From the NCBI GenBank assembly GCA_016882545.1, contig VGPW01000001.1:2342-66341 (forward strand): a DNA stretch of 64,000 nucleotides, read 5' to 3'. Positions within the stretch are counted from its first letter, which is position 1, and every line of letters begins with the position of its first letter. Below the pieces are notes generated by a model. That model did no database searches. It worked only from the letters and a program-made list of their open reading frames with translations, and was not told the origin of the DNA. This document shows, one piece after another, positions 22,402 to 34,577 of this stretch. The translations under genes and the position numbers were made by a program. This stretch comes from Cyanobacteria bacterium M_surface_10_m2_179. Lineage in GTDB: Bacteria; Cyanobacteriota; Cyanobacteriia; PCC-6307; Cyanobiaceae.

Positions 22402-23180
22402 GCGGCAAGGTGTGGATTGTGGGTGCCGGGCCAGGCGCACCCGACCTGCTCACCCTGCGCGCGGCGCGGGTGATCGAGCAGGCCGAGGTTTTGATCTGGA
22501 CCGATTCACTCGTGAACCCGCAGCTGGCGGCGATGGCCCCGGAGGGTTGCGAGCGGCTGCGCACCAGCACCCTCACCCTCGAGGAGGTGATGGGGGTGAT
22601 GCTGGATCGGGTGGCCCGGGGGCAACGGGTGGTGCGCCTGCACGACGGCGACACCTGCCTCTACAGCGCCCTGCATGAACAACGCTGCCGCCTGGAGGAA
22701 GCGGGGGTGGAGGTGGAGGTGGTGCCGGGCCTGAGTGCCTACCAGGCCACCGCCGCCGCCCTGCAATCGGAACTCACGGTGCCGGGGCTGGTGCAAACGA
22801 TCGTGCTCAGCCGCGCCGGCGGCCGCACGGGGGTGCCGGAGCACGAATCCCTAGCCAAGCTGGCCGCCCTGCAGGCCTCGCTCTGCCTCTATCTCAGCGC
22901 CCGCCATGTGGAGGAGGTGCAGGCGGAGCTGCTGCTGCACTACCCGGCCGACACGCCGGTGGCCATCGCCTACCGCGTGAGCTGGCCCGACCAATGGCTC
23001 ACCGTGGTGCCGCTGCAGGCCATGACCCAGGTGAGCGCGGAGCGCCAACTGATCCGCACCACCCTCTATGTGGTGAGTCCGGCGCTGGCACCGCCAGGGG
23101 AAGCCCGCTCCAAGCTCTATTCCGCCAGCCACGACCATCTGTTCCGCGCGGCCAGCCAGGCGATCAGCTCCGCCAGCTGA
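22398..23180 (+). CDS. cobM: precorrin-4 C11-methyltransferase
   Basis: [30 protein letters not shown]. Confidence 0.95.
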   Translation: MSGKVWIVGAGPGAPDLLTLRAARVIEQAEVLIWTDSLVNPQLAAMAPEGCERLRTSTLTLEEVMGVMLDRVARGQRVVRLHDGDTCLYSALHEQRCRLEEAGVEVEVVPGLSAYQATAAALQSELTVPGLVQTIVLSRAGGRTGVPEHESLAKLAALQASLCLYLSARHVEEVQAELLLHYPADTPVAIAYRVSWPDQWLTVVPLQAMTQVSAERQLIRTTLYVVSPALAPPGEARSKLYSASHDHLFRAASQAISSAS

Positions 23181-23232
23181 GGGGCGAACCTTGATGTTCT
23201 AAGCTCATCAGGCGCGAGCAATCAGCGCACGC

Positions 23233-23304
<72 letters not shown>

Positions 23305-23394
23305 TTTTTGAAGCACTCCCGCTGCAATTTTGCTAGCGGTTTGCCCTTGGAGTGTTTCAAGGCAGAATGCCGCCAACGCAGTAGCTGTTGGCCT

Positions 23395-24234
23395 GTGAAC
23401 GCCAGTGAGGCCTCCACACCCACACCTTCGGACGACAGCCAGAGGCCGCTGGAACGGCTGGGCAGCACGCTCCAACAAGCGCGCGAAGCACGCGGGCTCG
23501 ATGTAGCCAGCCTGGCCAAACAGCTGCGCATGGGTGAGGAGCAGCTACTGGCCCTGGAATCCGGTGATCGCGCCCGGCTGCCGGAACTGGTGTTTGTGAT
23601 CGCCCAGGCCCGCCGCGTTGCCACGGCCCTCTCCTGCGACATCGATGCGCTGATCACGCCGCTCAAGAAGGAGAGCAGCAGTCCGTTCAAGGCCACCCCT
23701 GCCCCCCTCAGCAGCGTGCCAAGCCCCTCGCGGGAACGGCGCGCAGCCCGCATCAGCGCCCAGAGCTACACCCACCAACCGGCCCGCTCCAGCCGCCAAG
23801 GGGCCCTGCGCTGGCTCGGCAGCCTGGCCCTACTCGCGGGCGTCATCGCCGCCGGCAGCTGGGGTTGGCAGCTACGCAGCCAGCTGCAGCAGCTGGTGAG
23901 CGCACGCTCGGCCCCGCCCACAGCGAAGCCAAAGCCAGCCGCAACCCAGCCCAAGCCGAAACGCCCCAAGCCCGCTGCGGCGGCCGCCGTACCGGCAACC
24001 AGCCTCAAACTGAGCAGCAAGCAAGCCAGCTGGCTGGAGGTGCGCAACGGCAGCGGCAAACAGCTGTTTGAAGGCAACTTCAAAGGCGAGCGCAGCTTCC
24101 CGCTGCAGGGGGGGCTCCAGGTGCTCGCCGGTCGCCCGGATCTGGTGCAGGTGAGCTTCGGCGCCCAGCCCGCCCGGCCCCTGGGCCCGATTGATCAGAT
24201 CCGCTGGGTGAGCTTCAAGGCTCCAGCACGCTGA
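23395..24234 (+). CDS. RodZ-like protein (XRE HTH, TM, DUF4115)
   Basis: GSTLQQAREARGL..LALESGD HTH, one TM, Pro/Lys linker, SWLEVR..LFEG. Confidence 0.85.
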   Translation: MNASEASTPTPSDDSQRPLERLGSTLQQAREARGLDVASLAKQLRMGEEQLLALESGDRARLPELVFVIAQARRVATALSCDIDALITPLKKESSSPFKATPAPLSSVPSPSRERRAARISAQSYTHQPARSSRQGALRWLGSLALLAGVIAAGSWGWQLRSQLQQLVSARSAPPTAKPKPAATQPKPKRPKPAAAAAVPATSLKLSSKQASWLEVRNGSGKQLFEGNFKGERSFPLQGGLQVLAGRPDLVQVSFGAQPARPLGPIDQIRWVSFKAPAR

Positions 24235-25822
24235 GGCGCACCCCCACCGCTTCCTCCACCGCAGGGGCGCAGGCTGCCAGGCTCCAGCGCTCCAGGCTGA
24301 GATCCAGATCCGAGTGCATCGGCTCGAGCCGGATCGAGCCGGAGTTGTCGCCGTCCTGCCGCAGCTGGATGCCCGCCACCACGGCCTCCGGGCGGCGATC
24401 CAGGGCCACCGCCAGCCGCAGCAGCAGCGCCATGGCTGCCACGGTGCGGCGCTGCTCGCGCCCTTCGATCAGCTGCCACGACTCATGCCGCTTCTTGGGC
24501 AGGGAGCGGCGGTGGTAGCGGGCGATCGCCGCCACCATCAGGTGTTCGCTGTCGGCGTAGCCCAGCAGCTCGCCGTGGCGGATCAGATACCAACTGTGCT
24601 TGTGATAGGCGCCGCTGTTGATGTGCTGACCGCAGCTGTGCAGCATCGCCGCCGCCCACAGCAGCTGCCGGCCACTGCCGTCATCGCTATGCAGCAGCCC
24701 CTGGCCCTGGGTGTAGAGGCTGAGGGCATACGCCGCCACCCGCTCAGCCCGCGGCACATCCACCTTGTAGCGCTGCGCCAGATGCAGCACGGTGCGCTGG
24801 CGGATGCTGCTCTGGAACGCAAAGCGATCCACGATCAGGTCGTTGCGCAGCATCCAATCCACGATCAGCCCCTCCCGCAGCGCCCGCTCACACACCACCA
24901 GCTCCTGCACGCCGAGCATCTCCATGGCGGTTTGCAGGATCAGGGCACCCGGCACGATGATTTCGGCGCGGCGCTCGTTGAGATAGGGCAGAGCGCGCCG
25001 CTGGGCCGGGGTGAGGGTGAGCAGGCGCTCCACCAGGCCATCGAGCCGTTGTCGGCTCACGCGGTAGCCCTGCATGCGCAGCGGCGGCCGCGGATCCTCG
25101 GCCGCCGCCATGGCCGCCACCGCCATGGCCGTGCCGCTGGTGGCCACCATCACTGGCGTTTCGCCGTTCTGGAGCTGCTGGCGCACCTTCAGCACCGCAG
25201 GCTCCAGCGATCCCTGGATGAAGGCCCGCAGAAACTCCACGCGCTTGGGCGGCAGCGGCTCCTCGCGCACAAAGTCCCGCTGCAGGCGCACCGCACCCAC
25301 CCGGGTGCTGGTGAGAACGCGGGCATCACGGCCATCAGCCAGCACCAGTTCGGTGGAACCACCGCCGATATCCAGGATCAGATGGGGCTGATCCCCAAAC
25401 GCCATCGCCGAAAGCACGCCCAGATAGATGAGGCGGGCCTCCTCCGGACCGCTCACCAGATCCACCTCCAGCCCCAGCTGCTCCTGGATCGATTGCAAAA
25501 ACTCGCGTCCGTTCGGGGCTTCCCGCACCGCACTGGTGGCCGCCGTGACCACATCGCCGGCCTGCACGCCGTGGCTGGCGGCCAGCTCGCGGCAGTGGCG
25601 CAGGGTGGTGAAGGCCCGCTCGATCGCCTCGGGGGTGAGGTCACCGCTGTCGGGGTCGCGCTCCCCCAGGCGGGTGGTGGATTTCTCCGTGAGGATCACC
25701 GAGAAGGTGCGCAGCTCGGTGTCCACCGCCGCCACCAGCAGGTGGATCGAATTGGTGCCGATATCGATTCCCGCCACGGGGCGGATGGAACTCCCGATCG
25801 AGCGGCTGGGTGCCTCGCTCAC
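24215..25822 (-). CDS. ppx: exopolyphosphatase Ppx/GppA with HD domain
   Basis: IDIGTNSIHL, ATSAVREAPNG, DIGGGSTE, ALREG, YHKHS. Confidence 0.96.
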   Translation of the reverse strand: MSEAPSRSIGSSIRPVAGIDIGTNSIHLLVAAVDTELRTFSVILTEKSTTRLGERDPDSGDLTPEAIERAFTTLRHCRELAASHGVQAGDVVTAATSAVREAPNGREFLQSIQEQLGLEVDLVSGPEEARLIYLGVLSAMAFGDQPHLILDIGGGSTELVLADGRDARVLTSTRVGAVRLQRDFVREEPLPPKRVEFLRAFIQGSLEPAVLKVRQQLQNGETPVMVATSGTAMAVAAMAAAEDPRPPLRMQGYRVSRQRLDGLVERLLTLTPAQRRALPYLNERRAEIIVPGALILQTAMEMLGVQELVVCERALREGLIVDWMLRNDLIVDRFAFQSSIRQRTVLHLAQRYKVDVPRAERVAAYALSLYTQGQGLLHSDDGSGRQLLWAAAMLHSCGQHINSGAYHKHSWYLIRHGELLGYADSEHLMVAAIARYHRRSLPKKRHESWQLIEGREQRRTVAAMALLLRLAVALDRRPEAVVAGIQLRQDGDNSGSIRLEPMHSDLDLSLERWSLAACAPAVEEAVGVRLSVLEP

Positions 25823-25913
25823 GCGGCCATCGCCTCAAGCGCTGGGCCACTTTCGCACCGCTGGGCACCGGCCCGGCAGACCTAGGGTTTGCGCCACTTC
25901 AGCGGAGGTTCCC

Positions 25914-26804
25914 CTGGCACCACTGCAGGCCTGGCTGGCGCTGCTGCGCTGGGACAAACCCAGCGGGCGCCTGATCCTGCTGATCCCCGCCGGCTGGAGC
26001 CTGTGGCTGCTGCCGGGCGGGGCACCACCGGCCGAGCTGCTGGGCTGGATCGTGCTGGGCGGTTTGGCGGTGAGCGGCGCCGGCTGCGTGGCCAACGACC
26101 TCTGGGACCGCCGCATCGATCCCCAGGTGGAACGCACCAGCCAGCGGCCGTTGGCCAGTGGCCGCATCAGCGTGGCCGAAGCCCTGCTGCTGCTGGCGAT
26201 CTGCCTCGGCGTTGCCCTGGCGGTGGTGCTCTGGGGGCTCCCGGCCGCAAACCGCGGCCTCTGCCTGGGCCTGGCAATCGCGGCCCTGCCACCGGTGCTG
26301 CTCTACCCCTCCGCCAAGCGCTGGTTTGGCTACCCCCAAGCGGTGTTGGCACTCTGCTGGGGCTTCGCAGTGCTGATCCCCTGGGCAGCAGCCCGCGGCA
26401 CGCTCAGCGGCGGCTGGCCCCTGGCAGCGCTCTGGCTGGCCACGCTGCTGTGGACCTTCGGTTTCGACACGGTGTATGCGATGTCGGATCGCGACGACGA
26501 CCGGCGGGTGGGTGTGCGCAGCTCAGCCCTGAGCCTCGGCGATCAGGCGCCGCTGGTGGTGGGGTGCTGCTACGGGGCCGCAGCCCTGTTGCTGGCCTGG
26601 GCCGCTGCGGCGCAAGGGGTCACGCCGCTCTTCTGGCTGCTGTGGCTCCTGGCCGGCGCCGGCTGGCTGCGGGAAGCACTGCGGCTGCAACAACCGCAGC
26701 TGCCGCGCTCGGCCTTTGCACGGCACTTCCGCCATCAGGTGTGGCTGGGGGCCCTGCTGCTGCTGGCTCTGGTGATCGGACGCAGCGGAGCCCTGCCCAC
26801 ATGA
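25914..26804 (+). CDS. ubiA: 4-hydroxybenzoate polyprenyl (solanesyl) transferase
   Basis: LLRWDKPSGR, NDLWDRRID..RT..RPL, YPSAKR, FDTVYAMSDRDDD; start probably CTG 25914. Confidence 0.93.
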   Translation: MAPLQAWLALLRWDKPSGRLILLIPAGWSLWLLPGGAPPAELLGWIVLGGLAVSGAGCVANDLWDRRIDPQVERTSQRPLASGRISVAEALLLLAICLGVALAVVLWGLPAANRGLCLGLAIAALPPVLLYPSAKRWFGYPQAVLALCWGFAVLIPWAAARGTLSGGWPLAALWLATLLWTFGFDTVYAMSDRDDDRRVGVRSSALSLGDQAPLVVGCCYGAAALLLAWAAAAQGVTPLFWLLWLLAGAGWLREALRLQQPQLPRSAFARHFRHQVWLGALLLLALVIGRSGALPT

Positions 26805-27691
26805 GCCGCCAGCCTCAGCCCCTGCAGCCGGGTGATCGCGTGCAGCTGGCCGCCGCCAGCTCGGCCCTGCAGCCGGAGGCGCTGGAACGACTGGAGGATG
26901 GCATCAGCCTGCTGGAGAGCTGGGGGCTGGTGGTGGAGCCGCACCCCCAACCCCTGCGCAGCTGGGGCTACCTAGCTGGGAGGGACGCTGAACGGGGGGC
27001 GGATCTGCAAGCCGCCGCGCCGCTGCTGGCCTGCGTGCGGGGCGGCTGGGGCTCGGCCCGGCTACTGGAGGATCCCGCCGCCCCCTGGCAGCGCGCCAGC
27101 GCCAACCCGCAGTGGTTGCTGGGCTTTTCGGATGTCACCTCGCTGCTCTGGGCCCGCCAGGCGGCCGGAATCGCGGGCGGCATCCACGGGCCGATGCTCA
27201 CCAGCCTGGCGGGCGAGCCGGCCTGGAGCCAGGAGCGGTTGCGACAGTTGCTGTTTGGCGAGCCCCTGCCGGCCCTCGATGGGGAGGGCTGGAGCGCAGG
27301 CGTGGCCGAAGGGCCGCTGCTGGTGGGCAATCTCACGGTGGCCACACACCTGCTGGGCACCGCCCATCTGCCAACCCTCAAGGGTGCGGTGCTGGTGCTG
27401 GAAGACGTGGGCGAGGCGCCCTACCGCCTGGATCGGATGCTCACCCAGTGGCGCCTCTGCGGTGCCCTGCAACAGCTGGCAGGCATTGGTTTGGGCAGCT
27501 TCTCCGGCTGCGATCAGGAGCATTCCGGCTTCGGGCTGGAGCAGGTGCTGCGGGAGCGCACCGCCAACCTGGGCATCCCCGTGTTGGCGGGGCTGGCCGT
27601 GGGGCACGACCCCGGGAATGCCGCCCTGCCGCTGGGCTGGCGGGCGCGGCTGGATGCTGAGCGCGGCCAGCTGGAGCTGCTTCAGCCCTGA
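26801..27691 (+). CDS. ldcA: LD-carboxypeptidase (peptidase S66)
   Basis: [35 protein letters not shown]. Confidence 0.92.
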   Translation: MSRQPQPLQPGDRVQLAAASSALQPEALERLEDGISLLESWGLVVEPHPQPLRSWGYLAGRDAERGADLQAAAPLLACVRGGWGSARLLEDPAAPWQRASANPQWLLGFSDVTSLLWARQAAGIAGGIHGPMLTSLAGEPAWSQERLRQLLFGEPLPALDGEGWSAGVAEGPLLVGNLTVATHLLGTAHLPTLKGAVLVLEDVGEAPYRLDRMLTQWRLCGALQQLAGIGLGSFSGCDQEHSGFGLEQVLRERTANLGIPVLAGLAVGHDPGNAALPLGWRARLDAERGQLELLQP

Positions 27692-28365
27692 CGGGCGGCA
27701 AGCACCGCCGCCGCGATCGTGAGATCAAAGGGAGTGGTGATCTTGATGTTGGCCGGCGACGACTCCATCACCTGCACCGGCCAGCCCAACCGCTCAAACA
27801 GCGAGGCGTCATCGGTGACGCTCCAGCCTTCGCTCCGGGCCTGCGCGTGGGCCTGGCGCAGCTGCGCCACCGGAAACCCCTGGGGAGTCTGCGCACCCCA
27901 GAGCTGGGCGCGATCGGGGGTGTCCTGAATCACACCGGCGCCATCCACCCGTTTGATCGTGTCGGTCACAGGCGCCGCCGCAATCACCGCAGCGCCGGCC
28001 AGCACCGCCGCCGCGCAGCGATCGATCAGCGCAGGCTCCACCAGGCAGCGGGCGCCGTCATGAATCAGCACCGCCTCGGCCTCGGCCGGCAGGGCCGCCA
28101 GGCCGTTGCACACCGAATCCTGGCGGGTATCGCCGCCCTGCACCCACACCACCGGCTTCTGGGGCTGGGCAGCAGCCACCAGGGCCTGGATGTCGGCCTG
28201 ATCCACCGGTTGCCCCACGACGCCGATCCAGCTGATCGCCTCGGAGGCCAGGGCTGCCTGCAGCGTCCAGGCCAGCACCGGCCGGCCCGCCACCTCCAGC
28301 AGCAGCTTGTTGCGCTCAGCCCCCATGCGACGACCGCTGCCGGCACAGGCGATCAACAGATGCAT
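27682..28365 (-). CDS. ispD: 2-C-methyl-D-erythritol 4-phosphate cytidylyltransferase
   Basis: [46 protein letters not shown]. Confidence 0.97.
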   Translation of the reverse strand: MHLLIACAGSGRRMGAERNKLLLEVAGRPVLAWTLQAALASEAISWIGVVGQPVDQADIQALVAAAQPQKPVVWVQGGDTRQDSVCNGLAALPAEAEAVLIHDGARCLVEPALIDRCAAAVLAGAAVIAAAPVTDTIKRVDGAGVIQDTPDRAQLWGAQTPQGFPVAQLRQAHAQARSEGWSVTDDASLFERLGWPVQVMESSPANIKITTPFDLTIAAAVLAARQG

Positions 28366-28384
28366 GTCAGGGCTCCGGGGCTGA

Positions 28385-28405
28385 GTAATCCCACCTACAT
28401 ACAAT
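28385..28405. promoter_or_regulatory. NtcA-type box GTA-N8-TAC abutting a TACAAT -10 element
   Basis: GTA ATCCCACC TAC at 28385-28398 and TACAAT at 28400-28405 in the 63-bp divergent gap. Confidence 0.45.
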
Positions 28406-28428
28406 CAGTCCACGCTCCGCCTGCCGCC

Positions 28429-29265
28429 ATGCGCGTTCTGTTTCTGGTACCAGGCGGCCTCGATCAACAGCTGCAGGTCTTGCCCGCCGCTGCCCGCACG
28501 GCAGACGCCCTCAACGCCCAGATCCAGGTGGCCTGCGCACCCGCAGCCGCTGCCGCCTGGAGCCTGCTGCCGGCGGTGGAAAAGCTGATCCCCTTCGACT
28601 TCAACGCCAGTCCCACTCTGGCGGACTGGGCCAACCTGCTCGGCAATGTGCGCGAGCCCGATTTCCAGGCCTGCATCAACCTGGCCAGCGGCCGCCAGGT
28701 GGATCTGATGCTCTCGATGAGCCACATCCCCAACCGCGTGGCCCAGAGCGGCTTCTCCGCCACCAGCACCGTCACGCCCCCCACCGGCTGGAGCGCCCAG
28801 GCGATGGCGAGTTTCCTCCAACCCCTGGGCGTGAGCCTGGAGGCCGCCAGCTTCCGGCTGGCCCTGCCCAAGCCCGCCCTCGAGCAGGCCAGCAGCAACC
28901 TGCCCGCCGGACAGGGACCGGCACTGCTGCTCGCCCCTTCCGCCACTAGTGGCGACTGGCCCTCCGCCTGCTGGCAGCAGCTGCCTGAGCTGGTGCGCGC
29001 CAAGCTGCCGGATCTGCGGGTGGTGGAGGCCAACCGCAACGCCAAGCTGCTGGAGCGGGCCGCCCAGGTGGCTAGCTGCGATGTGGTGTTGAGCAGCGAT
29101 CCGGTCACCACCGAACTGGCGCTGCTCTGCGGCATGCCCCTGGTGGCCCTGGGCCGCAGCGCTGCCGACCTGCCGAAGCGAGACGGCGTGCAGGGCATCG
29201 GCGACGCCGGCCATCTCGATCAACTGCACACCGCTGAGGTGCTCCAGGCCCTCGGCCTGGGATGA
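28429..29265 (+). CDS. glycosyltransferase family 9 (heptosyltransferase-like)
   Basis: MRVLFLVPGG, WP...W, VVLSSD, PLVALG. Confidence 0.8.
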   Translation: MRVLFLVPGGLDQQLQVLPAAARTADALNAQIQVACAPAAAAAWSLLPAVEKLIPFDFNASPTLADWANLLGNVREPDFQACINLASGRQVDLMLSMSHIPNRVAQSGFSATSTVTPPTGWSAQAMASFLQPLGVSLEAASFRLALPKPALEQASSNLPAGQGPALLLAPSATSGDWPSACWQQLPELVRAKLPDLRVVEANRNAKLLERAAQVASCDVVLSSDPVTTELALLCGMPLVALGRSAADLPKRDGVQGIGDAGHLDQLHTAEVLQALGLG

Positions 29266-30374
29266 ATCCGCTGCGCCGCCCTGGCCGCCGGCAGCGAGGC
29301 CCCCGCGTTCTCTTCACCCGCCGGCCCTGGGCCGGACCGCTCCTGGCGCTCGCCCTGGTGGTGAATGCCGGCGCCGCGGGCTACCGGCTCACCGAGGGCT
29401 GGGACTGGGGCGACTGTTACTGGATGGTGCTGATCACCCTCAGCACCCTGGGCTTCAGCGATCCCCACACCACCGTGATGCACAGCGGCGGGCGGATCGT
29501 CACGGCGCTGCTGCTGGTGGGCGGCCTGGTCGTGGTGCAGCAGACCATCCAGAAACTGCTGGAATTAACCAACTCCGGCTATTTCCGGCGGCTGCGTGAA
29601 CGGCGCTACCGCCAACAGCTCAAGCGCACGATGAATCAACACGTCATCCTCTGCGGCTACGGCCGGATCGGGCGGGAGATCGCCGAACAGCTCAGCGGCG
29701 AAGGCGTGCAGCTGCTGGTGGTGGAAAACGACGCCGACCGCATCGACGAGGCCCAGCAGCGGGGGCTCACCGTGCTCCAGGGCGATGCCACCCTCGATGA
29801 AACCCTCGAGGAGGCGGGCATCCACCAGTGCCGGGCGCTGGTGACGGCCCTGCCCAGCAATGCCGCCAACCTCTATGTGATCCTCAGCGCCCGGGGCCTG
29901 GCGCCGCGCACGCGCCTGATCGCCCGGGCCGATAGCGAGGAGGCGGAGGGCAAGCTGCGCCTGGCGGGGGCCGATCAGGTGGTGAGCCCCTATGTAGCCG
30001 GTGGCCGCACCATGGCCGCCACGGCCCTGCGGCCCCTGGCGGTGAACTTCATGGATTTGCTGGCGGGCAGCGATTGCGAGGTGGAGGAATTCCAGCTCAG
30101 CGATGACCCCCAACAGCTGGGCGCACTGAATGGCGCCAGCCTGGCGGAGCTGCAGCTGGGTCGCCGCAGCGGTGCGCTGGTGCTCGCGGTCCGCAATCCG
30201 GCCGCCAGCCAGCTGACCACCGGTGAGCTGGAGCCCCTGCTGGCCAACCCGGGGGGAGACGTGCGACTCAGCCCCGGCCAGCTGCTGGTGGTGATGGGCA
30301 GCAAACAGCAGCTGCAGCGCTTCGGGGATCTGCTGGGCAGCGCCCTGGCCGGCGTGAAAACCATGCCGGCCTGA
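29262..30374 (+). CDS. potassium channel protein (pore plus TrkA/RCK domains)
   Basis: Two TMs around TLSTLGFSD; HVILCGYGRIG, GDAT, AGADQVVSPY. Confidence 0.92.
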   Translation: MNPLRRPGRRQRGPRVLFTRRPWAGPLLALALVVNAGAAGYRLTEGWDWGDCYWMVLITLSTLGFSDPHTTVMHSGGRIVTALLLVGGLVVVQQTIQKLLELTNSGYFRRLRERRYRQQLKRTMNQHVILCGYGRIGREIAEQLSGEGVQLLVVENDADRIDEAQQRGLTVLQGDATLDETLEEAGIHQCRALVTALPSNAANLYVILSARGLAPRTRLIARADSEEAEGKLRLAGADQVVSPYVAGGRTMAATALRPLAVNFMDLLAGSDCEVEEFQLSDDPQQLGALNGASLAELQLGRRSGALVLAVRNPAASQLTTGELEPLLANPGGDVRLSPGQLLVVMGSKQQLQRFGDLLGSALAGVKTMPA

Positions 30375-30428
30375 AGGCCAGCCGGGGCGCAGATCTACGC
30401 TCGCTCGACCCCAGCCTTCCCCCGAGCC

Positions 30429-31181
30429 ATGGCAGACGCCACCCCCCTCACCGGTCAGGTTGCCCTGGTGACCGGCGCCAGCCGCGGCATCGGTGCCGCG
30501 ATCGCCAAGGAGCTGGCCGCGGCTGGCGCCACGGTGGTGGTGAACTACGCCAGCTCACCGGCAGCAGCCGAGGCGGTGGTGGCGGAGATCACCGCCGCAG
30601 GCGGCAAGGCCTGGGCCCAGCAGGCGAATGTGGCCGATGAGGAGCAGGTGGATGGCCTGGTGAAGGCGGTGCTGGAGAAGGAGGGCCGCCTCGATGTGTT
30701 GGTGAACAACGCCGGTATCACCCGCGACGGCCTGCTGATGCGCATGAAGAGCGCCGACTGGCAGAGCGTGATCGACCTCAACCTCACCGGCGTGTTTCTG
30801 TGCACCCGCGCCGTGAGCCGCTCGATGCTCAAGGCGCGCAGCGGCCGCATCATCAACATCACCTCGGTGGTGGGCCTGATGGGCAACCCCGGCCAGGCCA
30901 ACTACAGCGCCGCTAAAGCCGGTGTGATCGGACTCACCCGCAGCAGCGCCGCTGAGTTCGCCAGCCGCGGTGTCACGGTGAACGCCGTCGCCCCCGGCTT
31001 CATCGAGAGCGACATGACCGCTGAGCTCGACAAGGAGCCGATCCTGGCGGCAATCCCCCTGGGGCGCATGGGCCAGCCCGGCGAGGTGGCCAGCGCCGTT
31101 CGCTTCCTGGCCGCCGACCCCGCCGCCGCCTACATGACCGGGCAGGTGCTGCAGGTGGATGGCGGCATGGTGATGCGCTGA
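30429..31181 (+). CDS. fabG: 3-oxoacyl-ACP reductase
   Basis: [27 protein letters not shown]. Confidence 0.97.
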   Translation: MADATPLTGQVALVTGASRGIGAAIAKELAAAGATVVVNYASSPAAAEAVVAEITAAGGKAWAQQANVADEEQVDGLVKAVLEKEGRLDVLVNNAGITRDGLLMRMKSADWQSVIDLNLTGVFLCTRAVSRSMLKARSGRIINITSVVGLMGNPGQANYSAAKAGVIGLTRSSAAEFASRGVTVNAVAPGFIESDMTAELDKEPILAAIPLGRMGQPGEVASAVRFLAADPAAAYMTGQVLQVDGGMVMR

Positions 31182-31185
31182 GCGC

Positions 31186-33222
<2,037 letters not shown>

Positions 33223-33225
<3 letters not shown>

Positions 33226-33243
33226 TCCGCCGGGGCCGGATCA
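33223..33243. terminator. hairpin between convergent stops (possible terminator)
   Basis: TGATCCG-7 nt-CGGATCA inverted repeat; no U-tract. Confidence 0.35.
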
Positions 33244-33432
33244 GAGCACCCGCACCAGGCGGGCGTGGATCCGGCAAACGGCGAGGGCTTCGCGGGGTGG
33301 GTCGTTGCAGAGCCGCCCCAGCTCACGGTTGAGAGCCTGCAGTTCGTCCATGGGCAAACTGGCGATGGGCGTGGCCAACAGCACACCCCCCAGAGCCAGG
33401 GGCACCAGCGACAGCAAACGCGGGGAGGTCAT
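33241..33432 (-). CDS. small exported hypothetical protein (63 aa, two Cys)
   Basis: GGAGGT Shine-Dalgarno, signal-peptide-like N-terminus, LCNDPPREALAVC. Confidence 0.75.
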   Translation of the reverse strand: MTSPRLLSLVPLALGGVLLATPIASLPMDELQALNRELGRLCNDPPREALAVCRIHARLVRVL

Positions 33433-33503
33433 GGCACACCTCCATTGAGACAGCCGAGACCACCTCAGTGTGAGGCTCCGGCGCAACCGCTGAGCGGCAC
33501 GCT

Positions 33504-34196
33504 TCAGAAAGCTTCCAAACTGCGCCGGTAGGCGGCCACCTGCAGGTCGACACCCGTGATGGCGGTACCCACCACCACGGCATCGGCACCCGCTTGCAAG
33601 GCGCGCGTGGCCTGATCGGCCGTGGCGATGCCGCCCTCGCAGATCAGGAGGGCCTCCGCCGGCAACTGCTGCCGCAGCGGCGCCAACAGATCCCAGGCCG
33701 GCGGCTTGCTGGCAGCGGTGGCCTCCGTGTAGCCAAACAGGGTGGTTCCCACCCAGGCGCAGCCGAGCTCAGCCGCCTGCAAACCATTGGCAACGCTGTC
33801 CACATCCGCCATCAGCACTGCTCCCAGATCAGCGCGGGCCCGCTGCACCAGCTCAGCCAACGCAGCGCCCTGGGGCCGGTTTCGCTCGGTGGCATCCAGG
33901 GCGATCACATCGGCACCGGCTGCCCACACCGCCTGGATCTCCTCCCAGCCCGGGGTGATGTACACGGGGCTGTCTTCAAAGCTGCGCTTCCACAACCCCA
34001 CGATCAGGGCTTCGGGGCAGCGGCGGCGCACCGCACCGATGTGCTCCGGACTCTCCAAGCGCACACCCACAGCCCCGTTGTTGAGGCTGGCCTCGGCCAT
34101 GGCCGCGATCACCTCCGGCTGACGCATGGGCGACCCCTCCGGCGCCTGCACCGACACGATCAATCCACGTTGCAGCTGGGCGCGATCAGGCAGCAC
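33504..34196 (-). CDS. nanE: N-acetylmannosamine-6-phosphate 2-epimerase
   Basis: GLIVSVQA, GLWKR, VYITP, GTTLFGYT, VVGTAIT. Confidence 0.95.
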   Translation of the reverse strand: MLPDRAQLQRGLIVSVQAPEGSPMRQPEVIAAMAEASLNNGAVGVRLESPEHIGAVRRRCPEALIVGLWKRSFEDSPVYITPGWEEIQAVWAAGADVIALDATERNRPQGAALAELVQRARADLGAVLMADVDSVANGLQAAELGCAWVGTTLFGYTEATAASKPPAWDLLAPLRQQLPAEALLICEGGIATADQATRALQAGADAVVVGTAITGVDLQVAAYRRSLEAF

Positions 34197-34569
34197 GGCG
34201 CGTCTCCTGATCAGGCAACCAGCTGCGCAGTTGCACCAGCACCGGGTGCGTGGGGGCCGGTGCAGGGCGGCTGGCGCGCAGGGGCGGTTCCGGCACGGCC
34301 ACGGGCTTCGGCGCGGCCACTTGCTTCGGCGTGGCCACAGGTTCCGGCTCCGCTGCCCGGTTGTACCACCAGGCGCCTCCCTCCGGATCCACCTCAGTCA
34401 AGGCAGCCAGCAGCTCCTCCACTCTGCTGACGCCATGGCGATGAACCCACTGGCCCAGCAGCTGAGCGAAGCGATGGGGATCGCGCGCCGCCAGAGCAGC
34501 CTGCAGCGCCAACTGCTGGGCCTGACGGCGGGCCTGGGGCGAGGGAAGGGCGGAAGGTCGGGTGGCCAA
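34186..34569 (-). CDS. hypothetical protein with Pro-rich linker
   Basis: In operon between ABC permease and nanE; QWVHRHG, C-terminal LRSWLP..RRAA. Confidence 0.7.
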   Translation of the reverse strand: MATRPSALPSPQARRQAQQLALQAALAARDPHRFAQLLGQWVHRHGVSRVEELLAALTEVDPEGGAWWYNRAAEPEPVATPKQVAAPKPVAVPEPPLRASRPAPAPTHPVLVQLRSWLPDQETRRAA

Positions 34570-34577
34570 GGAGGGGA

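Noticed and set aside
25889-27691. 600-aa ORF suggesting an N-terminally fused LdcA
   Set aside because: The first half is an alternate frame of ubiA; ldcA has its own ATG at 26801 overlapping the ubiA stop
33455-33480. CCTCACAC on the minus strand, resembling the Yfr1 sRNA motif
   Set aside because: Lacks the full ACTCCTCACAC motif and a terminator, and is not in the guaB-trxA context
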